This document shows, in pieces, positions 40,755-52,686 of a DNA stretch of 64,000 nucleotides. Position 1 is the stretch's first letter. Each line of letters opens with the position of its first letter. The translations under genes were made by a program, and so were the position numbers. The stretch is from NCBI GenBank assembly GCA_963674695.2, contig CAXXGI010000003.1, forward strand, positions 896,001-960,000. Direction: 5' to 3'. Source of the stretch: a bacterium. GTDB taxonomy: Bacteria; UBA10199; 2-02-FULL-44-16; JAAZCA01. The notes below the pieces were generated by a model, which saw only the letters and a program-made list of their open reading frames with translations, was not told the origin of the DNA and did no database searches.

Positions 40755-40782
40755 AAACGGGCCCCGTTCGGGCCCGTTTTTT
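40755..40782 (+). terminator. Intrinsic terminator
   Basis: AAACGGGCCC-CGTTC-GGGCCCGTTTTTT. Confidence 0.85.
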
Positions 40783-40877
40783 ATTCACGCCTGCCCCACG
40801 GCGGAACCACCGAAAGCATTTACAATAATTGAGCTTTTTCTTTTCCGATCGTCCGGAATGCGCTATATTTAACGTCT

Positions 40878-43800
40878 ATGCCCCAGACCGATCTCTTCAC
40901 GGATGGGCTCAAAGCGGACACCATCGTCGGTGGAAAGTACCGCCTCGCTTCAAAAATATCTGAGGGCGGCGGCGGTGTCGTTTGGGAAGCCGTCGATCCG
41001 GATGGCGAATCGGTCGCCCTGAAGTTCCTCAAGTGGTCGCCGCTCAAGTCGCGCACGGTCGCTGCAGAACGCTTTAAGAACGAGTTTGCCATCCTGAAAT
41101 CGCTGGCCCATCCACACATCTCGCAGATCTACGACTTTGGCATCGACCCGGATTCCGACCTCTATTTTTTCACCTCGGAGCTCTTGCGCCAAGGAGATCT
41201 CAAGACGATCGTCGGCGACCCGATCCCCGAATTGGAAACATTGTTACTGGAGGCACTGCGCGCACTGGAATACCTGCGCGGGCACAAGCTGCTGCACCTC
41301 GACATCAAACCCCAGAATCTTCTCCTGCGCTTGCAGGATGGAAAGCGTTCGCTCGCGCTCATCGACTTCGGACTGGCCACCTTCCGGCCGCCTGATCGCC
41401 CGGGCGGAACGCCGAACTATATTCCGCCGGAACTGGTCGCGATGCGCCATCGCGAAGAGTACGCCTTCGAACACTATCCCAAACCCGACCACCGCAGCGA
41501 TCTCTACTCGCTGGGCGTCACCTTCTACTACTGCCTGACCGGCGTGCAACCCTTTGCGGTCAAGGCCGCCGATGGCAAGCGCATCGATGCCGCGGCAACC
41601 CTTCGGCGACACTGTGAATTCACCCCGCCGCCGCCATCGACCTATCGCCCGGAGATTCCCGCCTATCTCGATCGCATCATCATGAAACTGATGGCGCGCC
41701 ACCCGGACGATCGCTATCCTTCGGCGCTGATCGCCGCACAGGCGCTGCAATACAGTTCTCCCCATCAGCATGCGCCCGAGAGCCGACAGACGCTGCTGGC
41801 CTACCTGCCCAAAGAGGGAAAGTTGATCGGGCGCCATGACGAACGCCGAGCGATCGAGCGCGGCTTGAACGCCATCGCTGAGGGCTCACCACAGGCGATG
41901 CCGATCTTCTGTATTGCCGGCGGTCGGGGCTGCGGCCGCTCGCGGCTATTGGAAGCGATCAAGCCGGTCGCACAGCAGCTCGAACTCAGCGTCTCGCTCT
42001 TGCGCAACGGCGATGCCGATGATGTCGCCACACTCGAATCCATCCTCGAGGAACGCACGAAGAACGCCCGTCCGCATGTGATTATCGTCGACGACCTCGA
42101 CACGATCCTTGATGAGGAAAATAGCGGCAGTGGAGAAATGCTCGCAGCGATCCATGCCCTGATCAGGCGTCTGCGCCTGCAGCACCGCCTCTCCCACGCA
42201 CCCGGCGCGCGCATCCTCTTCCTGTTCGGCCTCAACACCGATCGCGTTGCCCTGGGCGAAGCGCTCACGAGCCTCGATCTCGATGAAGCGATCTGCCGCA
42301 CGGTCCCGCTCAAGAACTTCACCCTCACGGAGGTCAGCGAATACCTGACGGCACTCCTCGGCGAAACACCGGATCCATCGGTGGCCCATCAGTTGCTGGC
42401 CTGCTCCGATGGCAGTCCGCTCTTCATCACCGAGCAACTCGAAGCGATGATCGCCAAGGGGCAACTCTTCTCGCTCGCGGGACGACCCGATGCGCGCACG
42501 CTCAAGACGATCGGCATCGATTTTTCCCACGCGCCGCCATCGCAGACGCTTGCCGAATCGGTGCACAAGCGCATCGCCCTTCTTCCGACAGAAGCGCAGC
42601 ATCTTGCGTTGATGCTGGCCTGCTGGGGTCGTCCGGTCGGCGCCGAAGAACTGCGCGCGACGGCCCGAAGCGCCACGACAAGCCACGAGCTGTTATTGCT
42701 CGTCAGCGCAGGACTCGTTCGCCGCGACGAACGCGACGGGCGATTTGCGTTTGCCAATGCATTGACCTCCCGCATCATCCATGATGGCGCCGATGAGACC
42801 GAGCGCGCCCAGTGCCACGATGCCATCGCCCATCATCTCGACAACCAGCGTTCGAAGAAACGCATCGAGCTGGACCGCCATATCGGATATGGAACGCCCT
42901 CATCCCAACAGCCCGCTGCCCTCGAACATCTGGCCGACCATGCCCTGCGCCATCACGACCCGCTCGAGGCGATCATTCACCTCAAGAAGCTGCTTGAGAT
43001 CACCCCTCTGAACGAACCTCACAGGCGCGCTGATGTTCTCATCAAGTTGGGACGCGCCTATGAGCGCGCGAACCGTCCGGAGGAGGCACAGGCTGCTTTT
43101 CGGCGTCTGCATCACCTGAAGGGGCCAGGAAATCTCGCCCTGCAGTTCCGCATTCGTGCCGCGGAGCAGCTGGGTCTGGCCGCGATGCGCCGGCGTCATC
43201 TCCGTCAAGCCCGTCGTTCCTTCGCCGAAGCGCTGAGCCTGCTCGAAGACGTTCCCGGCGCGCTCGTCTGGCGACTCCAGATCGAAAACTCGATCGCTGG
43301 CTGCGACCTGCGCGAAGGACACATCGAAGCAGCGCTCGAACGCTTCGAGCGAACGGCAAAAGTTTCCGAGATGAAACTTCCAGAGAACGAGCAACGCCGC
43401 ATCACCAACAATGAACGCGGTGAGACGCTCCTGCGCGCGGGGGAGATCCAACGGGCACTGGCAATCCTCAACGAAGAATTAGCGCTGGCCGAGATGGCGG
43501 GCGATGCCGAGCGCACGGCCAACCGCCACTACCTCATCGGCAATGCCCTGCGCCGTGATTCACAACAGCGATTCGAGGAAGCGCTGCAACACTATCGCCA
43601 AGGGCTGGCGATCGCCCGACGCCACCATCTGATCCGACTGCAGGTGCGATTGCACAACGGCATGGGCAACCTCTCGCTCAAGCTCGACCGCCCCGATATG
43701 GCGCTGGATCACTATCGCGAGGGATTGGCGCTGGCTCAACAGATCGAGGGAGAGACCACCAGCGTCGAACTCATGATCGGCATGGGGCTGGCCGCTCAGC

Positions 43801-44174
43801 AGATGGCCGAGCCGGATGACACGATCGAATACTTCGAGGCCGCGCTCGATTTCTCCAACACGCCGCAGGGGGCAACCGCCGGCCTCATCCGCCGCTATCG
43901 GCCGACCATCTTTGTGTCGCTCGCGGACGCCTATTATCAGAAGCATGAGCTGGAACGCTCCGAGGACTACATCCGGCAAGGGCTTGCCCTCGACCACGAA
44001 GAGCACTTCAGCCCCGACCTGCGCTACAGCCTCTATGGAACGTTTGTGGAGATTCAGCTCGATCGTGGGGCGTACGACGAGGCCAAGAAATACCTCCCCA
44101 CGCTCGAAGTAATCGCCAAGACCTTCCCCCCCGCGGAAAAACATCTCGCCAAGATCCGCCAAGCCCTGGCGTAG
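40878..44174 (+). CDS. Ser/Thr kinase - P-loop NTPase - TPR multidomain protein
   Basis: EGGGGVVW, VALK, HLDIKPQN, DFG, GTPNY, SDLYSLG; LIGR..E, GGRGCGRS, IIVDD, GSPLF; TPR-like helices. Confidence 0.9.
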   Translation: MPQTDLFTDGLKADTIVGGKYRLASKISEGGGGVVWEAVDPDGESVALKFLKWSPLKSRTVAAERFKNEFAILKSLAHPHISQIYDFGIDPDSDLYFFTSELLRQGDLKTIVGDPIPELETLLLEALRALEYLRGHKLLHLDIKPQNLLLRLQDGKRSLALIDFGLATFRPPDRPGGTPNYIPPELVAMRHREEYAFEHYPKPDHRSDLYSLGVTFYYCLTGVQPFAVKAADGKRIDAAATLRRHCEFTPPPPSTYRPEIPAYLDRIIMKLMARHPDDRYPSALIAAQALQYSSPHQHAPESRQTLLAYLPKEGKLIGRHDERRAIERGLNAIAEGSPQAMPIFCIAGGRGCGRSRLLEAIKPVAQQLELSVSLLRNGDADDVATLESILEERTKNARPHVIIVDDLDTILDEENSGSGEMLAAIHALIRRLRLQHRLSHAPGARILFLFGLNTDRVALGEALTSLDLDEAICRTVPLKNFTLTEVSEYLTALLGETPDPSVAHQLLACSDGSPLFITEQLEAMIAKGQLFSLAGRPDARTLKTIGIDFSHAPPSQTLAESVHKRIALLPTEAQHLALMLACWGRPVGAEELRATARSATTSHELLLLVSAGLVRRDERDGRFAFANALTSRIIHDGADETERAQCHDAIAHHLDNQRSKKRIELDRHIGYGTPSSQQPAALEHLADHALRHHDPLEAIIHLKKLLEITPLNEPHRRADVLIKLGRAYERANRPEEAQAAFRRLHHLKGPGNLALQFRIRAAEQLGLAAMRRRHLRQARRSFAEALSLLEDVPGALVWRLQIENSIAGCDLREGHIEAALERFERTAKVSEMKLPENEQRRITNNERGETLLRAGEIQRALAILNEELALAEMAGDAERTANRHYLIGNALRRDSQQRFEEALQHYRQGLAIARRHHLIRLQVRLHNGMGNLSLKLDRPDMALDHYREGLALAQQIEGETTSVELMIGMGLAAQQMAEPDDTIEYFEAALDFSNTPQGATAGLIRRYRPTIFVSLADAYYQKHELERSEDYIRQGLALDHEEHFSPDLRYSLYGTFVEIQLDRGAYDEAKKYLPTLEVIAKTFPPAEKHLAKIRQALA

Positions 44175-44182
44175 CGACGCGT

Positions 44183-44199
44183 CTGGCACAACATGTGCG
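44183..44199 (+). promoter_or_regulatory. Candidate sigma54 promoter
   Basis: CTGGCAC-AACAT-GTGC (GG-N10-GC), ~50 bp upstream of 44250. Confidence 0.6.
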
Positions 44200-44249
44200 T
44201 ATTTTTCGGCTTCGTAACGACCCGTTAACTTCACACTTGGAGGTGTCCC

Positions 44250-44885
44250 ATGAAAAAGACCGCCGTCCTCATCCTCATCGCCCTCTTCGTCTGCGTGCCC
44301 ATCCTGGCCCAGGCGCAAGCGAGCGGCTCCAAGAAGGCGAGTCCTTCGTTCATCAAGCGCGTCGAGCAGTTTTTCAATCGCTCATCGCGCGATTCGGAGA
44401 GCGATCAAGACATCCCAGCCGATGAAAGCAATCCGCCGGACGGAGATGTGCCGATAGATCCCGGGGACGACGATAATGATGATCCCATGCGCGTGTCAGA
44501 GATGATCGTGGGAATCTCCATCCAGAGCGTCACCGCTTCAAACAGACCTCGCAACGGCTGTCGCGCCTTTGGAAGACAGGATTCCAACGAACGATTGATA
44601 CGGATCGATGTCAGCCCGGAGGAGATCCGTGATGTCGACGCCTCCATCCTCTGTCAGATGCTCCTCACCGCCTTGAGCACCGGGCGTTCCGTCAACGTCG
44701 GTGGAATGCCCATCTCCGATGAGCCCTTCCCGCCGGATCTCGAAGGCATCGATGCAAACTACATCCGCCTCCCGGGTAGTTCCATGTCAGATGCGATTCC
44801 CGTGGAGGAACCGAATCCCTCGGAAGAGCCCGAAAGCTTGAGGCCGGCCAACACCGAGCCGCAACAGATGAAACCACGCCGTTAG
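44250..44885 (+). CDS. Secreted hypothetical protein
   Basis: SD GGAGGT; signal peptide MKKTAVLILIALFVCVPILAQAQA; acidic linkers around a small Cys-containing domain. Confidence 0.75.
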   Translation: MKKTAVLILIALFVCVPILAQAQASGSKKASPSFIKRVEQFFNRSSRDSESDQDIPADESNPPDGDVPIDPGDDDNDDPMRVSEMIVGISIQSVTASNRPRNGCRAFGRQDSNERLIRIDVSPEEIRDVDASILCQMLLTALSTGRSVNVGGMPISDEPFPPDLEGIDANYIRLPGSSMSDAIPVEEPNPSEEPESLRPANTEPQQMKPRR

Positions 44886-44938
44886 CTCAGACCTCGCACA
44901 CACATAAAACGGCCTGCACCCGACGAGGGGCAGGCCGT

Positions 44939-45084
44939 AAGGTTGATGACAATCCTGTGTTTTTGTCATCCCCGCGAAGGCGGGGATCTCGATGTAGCGT
45001 AAAAAGCGAGATTCCCGCTTTCGCGGGAATGACAAACTTCGATTTTCGATAATGATAACATGAAATAATTTTTTCAGCAGTTTG
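44939..45084. mobile_element. MITE-like element copy B, flanked by a 30-bp duplicated terminator
   Basis: Perfect direct repeat ACGGCCTGCACCCGACGAGGGGCAGGCCGT at 44909-44938 and 45085-45114; ends AAGGTTGATGAC / TTCAGCAGTTTG; internal GTCATCCCCGCGAAGGCGGGGATCTC...GAGATTCCCGCTTTCGCGGGAATGAC. Confidence 0.78.
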
Positions 45085-45119
45085 ACGGCCTGCACCCGAC
45101 GAGGGGCAGGCCGTTTTTT
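45085..45119. terminator. Bidirectional intrinsic terminator (duplicated at 44906-44938)
   Basis: ACGGCCTGC...GCAGGCCGT stem; T-run on one copy, A-run on the other. Confidence 0.75.
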
Positions 45120-45135
45120 GTGCTTCAACGAAACA

Positions 45136-47721
<2,586 letters not shown>

Positions 47722-47756
47722 GTACTTCTCCCTTCAGAATGATTGCCTTCTCCTCA

Positions 47757-47784
47757 ATATGGCGTTTTTTTCGAAAAAGACAAG
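47757..47784 (-). promoter_or_regulatory. Candidate RpoH (sigma32)-like promoter of clpB
   Basis: CTTGTC-14 bp-CGCCATAT. Confidence 0.4.
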
Positions 47785-47797
47785 GCAGCAGAAAAGC

Positions 47798-47818
47798 AAA
47801 AAGGGGCCGAGGCCCCTT
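47798..47818 (-). terminator. Intrinsic terminator
   Basis: AAGGGGCC-TC-GGCCCCTTTTT on the minus strand. Confidence 0.6.
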
Positions 47819-47941
47819 CAGACTGCTGACAACATTTTTTTCATGCCGTCATTCCCGCGAAAGCGGGAATCTCGCTTATAATAGCCAATCGAGATCCCCG
47901 CTTTCGCGGGGATGACAACAACGAAGGCTTACCATCAACCT
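47819..47941. mobile_element. MITE-like element copy C (inverted relative to copy B)
   Basis: Ends CAGACTGCTGACAA / CCATCAACCT; same internal REP pair; abuts a terminator hairpin whose 3' half recurs (cgaagcccct) on the other side. Confidence 0.72.
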
Positions 47942-47976
47942 CGAAGCCCCTATGCTCACTCGACATCTATCCACCT

Positions 47977-48579
47977 CTACTGACAGATGCCGTTCGAGCA
48001 ATAATCCTCGAGGCTGCGGCAGCACCAGTAGTATTGATTGGCATTGTATCCATCATTCGGCGCATAGCTCGTGCTACGACATTGCTTCATCTGTTTGCCC
48101 GGCTTGCACCCGCACTCGACCTCGCCCTCTTCGGTCTCGTAGCAGAGGTTGTGATCGGTACTGTTATCGCATTCTTCAGGACATTCGGGATCCTCGGCGC
48201 AGCCGGAGAAGAGGAGCGCGGGAAAGAGGACGATCGCCAGGAGGATTTTCCCGCCCGCCAGAAAGACCGAATCCTCCGATACCGGCTTCTCTGCCTGCGC
48301 CAGTTGCGCGCGCGCCAATCCCTGGATACGCCGATGCACCTGATCGGTCTGTTTGATGTCGGCCGCCAGCGGATGATCGACGGTCAGATTGATCCCGTCG
48401 CGCACCTGTGCGGCAAAAAAACCACCGTCGCGCTTGCCGTCCAACGCGATATCGCAAGTTTCCAGATAGGAGGCCAACTGGGAACGATCGGCGATCGCGT
48501 TGGATTGTTCGAGAATGTTCTGCGTCGTGATGAAGGTCATGAGTCCTCTCCTTGTGATACGTGGTATCGTGTTCTTCAA
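47977..48579 (-). CDS. Hypothetical protein with internal TM/lipobox and Cys-rich C-terminus
   Basis: KILLAIVLFPALLFSGC followed by 10 further Cys; start probably MTFITT (48540; SD GAGAGGA). Confidence 0.7.
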   Translation of the reverse strand: MKNTIPRITRRGLMTFITTQNILEQSNAIADRSQLASYLETCDIALDGKRDGGFFAAQVRDGINLTVDHPLAADIKQTDQVHRRIQGLARAQLAQAEKPVSEDSVFLAGGKILLAIVLFPALLFSGCAEDPECPEECDNSTDHNLCYETEEGEVECGCKPGKQMKQCRSTSYAPNDGYNANQYYWCCRSLEDYCSNGICQ

Positions 48580-48614
48580 TCCGCTATAGGCATTTCTGTC
48601 TTATAACGCAACGA

Positions 48615-49076
48615 TCAGAAGCGAAACAGCAGTTCCGGTCCGGCACTCATGCCGAATGGCAACAGGGGTCCGCGGCCCATTCCAAGGGATTCGGGCCCCG
48701 ACCACAGAAATTGGCGAAAGGGGGCGTTGGCATCCTGGATTCTTGCCCCCAACGTGAGATCGACGCCCTTGAGACTCCAGGTCTTGAACGGGAGAAAACC
48801 GCTCCCATTGTATGTCGCATAATTACCACTTTTCATCGTCATACTCGATTCGGTCGTAAAGAATGAAGTCCCTCCCCCCATTCCATCCCACCGATCCCAC
48901 GATCTGTTTGGCGAAATGCTCAGATCATACGTCGACTTTCCGAACATCTGTTCAGAACGTTGAACACCTTCGTCACTGATCAAACCCTGGATCTCCTTGA
49001 TCAACGCGAAGTCCAGCTTGAGCTTGCCCAGGCCAAAATCGAATCCTGCCGCTTCCCTTCCCTCGATCGCATCCAT
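48615..49076 (-). CDS. Hypothetical protein
   Basis: SD GGAGGGG before MDAIEGRE; Gly/aromatic-rich; ends LLFRF. Confidence 0.6.
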   Translation of the reverse strand: MDAIEGREAAGFDFGLGKLKLDFALIKEIQGLISDEGVQRSEQMFGKSTYDLSISPNRSWDRWDGMGGGTSFFTTESSMTMKSGNYATYNGSGFLPFKTWSLKGVDLTLGARIQDANAPFRQFLWSGPESLGMGRGPLLPFGMSAGPELLFRF

Positions 49077-49136
49077 GTCTCCCCTCCCTCTGTTGTGTGA
49101 ACGTGAACGCTCACCTCCCGAATGACTCGGAACTAA

Positions 49137-49153
49137 TGCAGGGGGCGTGCCAA
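49137..49153 (-). promoter_or_regulatory. Candidate sigma54 promoter
   Basis: TTGGCAC-GCCCC-CTGCA (GG-N10-GC), ~60 bp upstream of 49076. Confidence 0.65.
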
Positions 49154-49378
49154 GAAGAGAACCGTGCAGAAGAAAATTAAAACAGACTGAAAACAAACGC
49201 GTTTCATTCTTTCCTCGATTCCTACGATCGCATTTCATTATCTCCGCGCTGTGTCATCTGTGTGGAATCGGTGTGTCATAGGCAGCTTGCAAGAGTTTTA
49301 TCCGACGCAAAAGTGCGACGATCTTGCATTTCCCCATCGAGCGATTATTGATGTCCTTCATCATAAGGAGATCATGCC

Positions 49379-49792
49379 ATGAAGACCCACACCGATTATC
49401 TCTGGTTCGAGACGAAGAAACGCCACGAGTTCATCAACATCACCGACAAGGTGCAGGCGATCATCGATGCGAGCGCGGTCGATGACGGCATGGCGCTCGT
49501 CTCGGCGATGCACATCACCGCTGCAGTCTACGTGAACGATGCGGAGAGCGGGCTGATCCATGATATTGAAACGTGGCTCAAGGAGATCGCGCCAACGAAT
49601 CGCGACTATCGCCATCACCAGACCGGCGAAGACAACGGCTACGCGCATCTCTGGAATCTCACCATCGGCCATCAGGTGATGGTCCCGATCACGAAGGGAC
49701 AGCTCGACTTCGGGCCGTGGGAGCAGATCTACTACGCCGAGTTCGACGGAAGACGGCGCAAACGCGTGATCGTGAAGGTCATGGGCGTGTAA
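49379..49792 (+). CDS. yjbQ: YjbQ/UPF0047 family protein
   Basis: [36 protein letters not shown]. Confidence 0.92.
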   Translation: MKTHTDYLWFETKKRHEFINITDKVQAIIDASAVDDGMALVSAMHITAAVYVNDAESGLIHDIETWLKEIAPTNRDYRHHQTGEDNGYAHLWNLTIGHQVMVPITKGQLDFGPWEQIYYAEFDGRRRKRVIVKVMGV

Positions 49793-49825
49793 GCCCGAAG
49801 GGCGAAGGGCGACCGATTATTGTTT

Positions 49826-49902
49826 TGTCATCCCCGAATGGGGTAATCGGGGATCCCGATGGAAACAATCGAGATTCCCGATACAATCACTCGGGAATGA
49901 CA
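49826..49902. repeat. REP-like palindrome pair (copy D)
   Basis: TGTCATCCCCGA...TCGGGGATC and GATTCCCGA...TCGGGAATGACA. Confidence 0.75.
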
Positions 49903-49916
49903 TCAAAGGAAATACC

Positions 49917-51524
49917 ATGACCATTCTCATCATCCTCCTCGGCTCGATCCTGCTCTTTTCACTGGCCTATCGCTTCTATAGCCCGCGCGTGGCGCGGATG
50001 TTGGGCGTGGAACCCGACCGGCCCACCCCCTCGCACACGATGGCCGATGGCGTCGACTACTGCCCGGCAAAGGCTCCGATCCTGTTCGGCCATCACTTCG
50101 CCTCGATCGCGGGTGCGGCCCCGATCGTCGGTCCGATCGTCGCGGCGGCCTGGGGCTGGGGACCGGTACTCATCTGGATCATCCTCGGCGGCATCTTCCT
50201 GGGCTCAGTGCACGACTTCTCCGCACTCGTCGCATCGATCCGCCACGGCGGCCACTCGATGGGTGAGGTCATCGGTGAAAACGCCAGCCGCATGGCGCGC
50301 CAACTCTTTCTCTTCTTCCTCTGGGCCACACTGGTGCTCCTCATCGCGGTCTTTCTGGTCGTGGTGGCCAAGACCTTCGTCTCGGTCCCATCGGCGGCGA
50401 CCGCATCGATGCTCTTCATCGGGCTGGCCGTCCTCTTTGGACTGGCGATCTATCGCTTGAAGCTCCCGCTCGGCTGGGCCTCGCTTGTCGGGGTGGCGAT
50501 CCTCGCGGTCTGCATGATCGTGGGCTGGCACTACCCCCTTGCGTTTTCAAACGACACCTGGATCCTCGTCCTGCTCGTCTATATCTTCGTGGCCTCGGTC
50601 ACCCCGGTCTGGTGCCTGCTGCAGCCGCGCGACTATCTCAATTCCTTTCTGCTCTATGCGCTTCTCATCGCCGCGCTCGTCGGAATCGTCGTCACGCGCC
50701 CGGCCATCGAACTGCCCGCCTTCATCGCGTGGGATGTGCCCAAGCTCGGCACGCTCTTTCCGATCCTGTTTGTCACCGTCGCCTGCGGCGCCATCTCCGG
50801 GTTCCACTCGGTCGTCGCTTCAGGCACGACGGCCAAACAGCTCGACCGCGAGGCGCACGCCCGTCCGATCGGCTATGGCGGCATGCTCGTCGAATGCCTG
50901 CTCGCGGTGATCGCGCTCATCACCGTGATGATTCTGACCAAGGCCAACTACACGCACATGCTCCCGCATGGAGGCCCGGTGGCGCTCTTCTCCAACGGGA
51001 TCGGCGCGATGATCGAGGCGCTCGGCATCAGCAAGATGCACGGCACGAACTTCGCCGCGCTTGCGGTGAGTGCGTTCGTGCTCACCACACTCGACACCGC
51101 CACGAGGCTGTGCCGCTTCGCCTGGCAGGAGTTCTTCGCGCCGACAAAGGCAAACGAGAAACCCTCCTTCGTCTGCAACCGCTTCGTGGGGACGCTCTTC
51201 ACGGTGGCGGCGGCAGCGGCGCTCGCCTACTCCGGACAGTGGAAAGCGATCTGGCCGCTCTTCGGCTCGGCCAACCAGCTGCTCGCCGCACTGGCGCTCA
51301 TGGCGGTGACGTTGTGGTTGAAGAAAAAAGGAAAGAAGACAACGATGCTCAAATGGCCGATGCGCATCATGTTCCTCATCACGCTCTCGGCACTCGGGGT
51401 GCTCGTCTGGACCAACCTCAATAAGGGAACCTACATCATCGCGGCAATTGCCGCCGCACTCTTCGCGCTCGCCATCGTCGTCGTCGTCGAGGCGGTCAGG
51501 CAGTTTCGGAGGGGAGCGGGGTAA
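49917..51524 (+). CDS. cstA: Carbon starvation protein A family transporter
   Basis: DGVDY, GHHFASIAGAAPIVGP, LLQPRDY, ACGAISGFH, TTLDTATR, WPLFGSANQLLA. Confidence 0.95.
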   Translation: MTILIILLGSILLFSLAYRFYSPRVARMLGVEPDRPTPSHTMADGVDYCPAKAPILFGHHFASIAGAAPIVGPIVAAAWGWGPVLIWIILGGIFLGSVHDFSALVASIRHGGHSMGEVIGENASRMARQLFLFFLWATLVLLIAVFLVVVAKTFVSVPSAATASMLFIGLAVLFGLAIYRLKLPLGWASLVGVAILAVCMIVGWHYPLAFSNDTWILVLLVYIFVASVTPVWCLLQPRDYLNSFLLYALLIAALVGIVVTRPAIELPAFIAWDVPKLGTLFPILFVTVACGAISGFHSVVASGTTAKQLDREAHARPIGYGGMLVECLLAVIALITVMILTKANYTHMLPHGGPVALFSNGIGAMIEALGISKMHGTNFAALAVSAFVLTTLDTATRLCRFAWQEFFAPTKANEKPSFVCNRFVGTLFTVAAAAALAYSGQWKAIWPLFGSANQLLAALALMAVTLWLKKKGKKTTMLKWPMRIMFLITLSALGVLVWTNLNKGTYIIAAIAAALFALAIVVVVEAVRQFRRGAG

Positions 51525-51536
51525 ACAGATTTCGGC

Positions 51537-52565
51537 TTATCGCTTCTTCAACAGATAGTGAACGGAACGCCCCTTGCCGATCCTTTCCACAACCCCCAGT
51601 TCTTCCAGGGACGCAAGATCCGCGAGCGCCGTAAAATTCGAAACCTTGTTGAGCTCTCGATATTCCCGGTTCGTCATCCGACCATTGCGCTTGAGGAATC
51701 TGAGCGCCTTCTCCTGTCTGCGGTTGAGAAAGACCGAACGCTCTTGCACCTCGACTTGCTCCAGAAACTGACCGATCGTCTGTTCGACGCCAAAGACGAA
51801 GAAGGTGATCCACTCCTGCAAGTCCCATCTGTTGTTTCGGTCGTAGAAATTGTCCCCCTGAGCCGCATGGAGGATATGGTAATACTGATTCCGGTGGTGA
51901 TAGAAGTATTCATCCCAGGCCATATAGCGCACAAAGTGAAACCCGGCCTGCATGAGTATGAGGGTGGACAGCGCTCGTGCTGTTCGTCCATTACCGTCCA
52001 TGAAGGGATGAATCGTGACGAAACCAAAGTGGGCAACCGCCGCCCGGATCAGCTCATGTTTCCAGTCGGAGCTGCCCAAACAACTGAGCAACACATCCAT
52101 CAGCGATGAGATATCCTTGGCTTCAGGCGGCATATAGACCATGCGATTGGTCGCCGTGTCGAATACCGCATTCTGTGCTTCCCGGTAATGACCGAGCAAC
52201 TTGCCCCGTACGATATTCTTCTCCACGTATCGGTGGATGTCGCAGATCGTTTGCGGTGTAATCTTCGCATCGCCCTTCGACTGATCGATCAGAAAATCGA
52301 AGAGTTCGAAGAGGTTTTTGACTTCCTGAATATCCCTCTTCGGCGCCTGAACCGTCTTTTCTTTCCAGACGTCCTCGGTCTGCTTGAGCGTGAGACAGTT
52401 GCCTTCGATCTTGTTGGAAAAGTGGGAGGTCCGCACCTTGGCCTGCTGGGAGAGCGACGTCCTGAGGGCGGGAGACAAGGAGAGGCCTGCCAGGCGTTCT
52501 TCAAGAGCGGCAATAGCCACCAGCGACCGGAGCAGCTCCTTGGTGATGGCGTAGGTGAATTCCAT
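51537..52565 (-). CDS. Fic family protein with C-terminal winged HTH
   Basis: SNKIEGN inhibitory helix, HPFMDGNGRTAR, MTNREY...GKGRSVHY. Confidence 0.93.
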   Translation of the reverse strand: MEFTYAITKELLRSLVAIAALEERLAGLSLSPALRTSLSQQAKVRTSHFSNKIEGNCLTLKQTEDVWKEKTVQAPKRDIQEVKNLFELFDFLIDQSKGDAKITPQTICDIHRYVEKNIVRGKLLGHYREAQNAVFDTATNRMVYMPPEAKDISSLMDVLLSCLGSSDWKHELIRAAVAHFGFVTIHPFMDGNGRTARALSTLILMQAGFHFVRYMAWDEYFYHHRNQYYHILHAAQGDNFYDRNNRWDLQEWITFFVFGVEQTIGQFLEQVEVQERSVFLNRRQEKALRFLKRNGRMTNREYRELNKVSNFTALADLASLEELGVVERIGKGRSVHYLLKKR

Positions 52566-52686
52566 ATACCGAGCATACAGAATAATCGTGAGATATTCAA
52601 TAGGTAATCGCTAGATATTCATGAGGCATTCGTGAGTCCCTGAGCCAATACCCGCTCCAGGGAGGGCAGGCGAGGAACGAGAGGCC

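Noticed and set aside
47722-47800. CIRCE/HrcA or CtsR operator upstream of clpB
   Set aside because: No TTAGCACTC-N9-GAGTGCTAA or CtsR heptad repeat found
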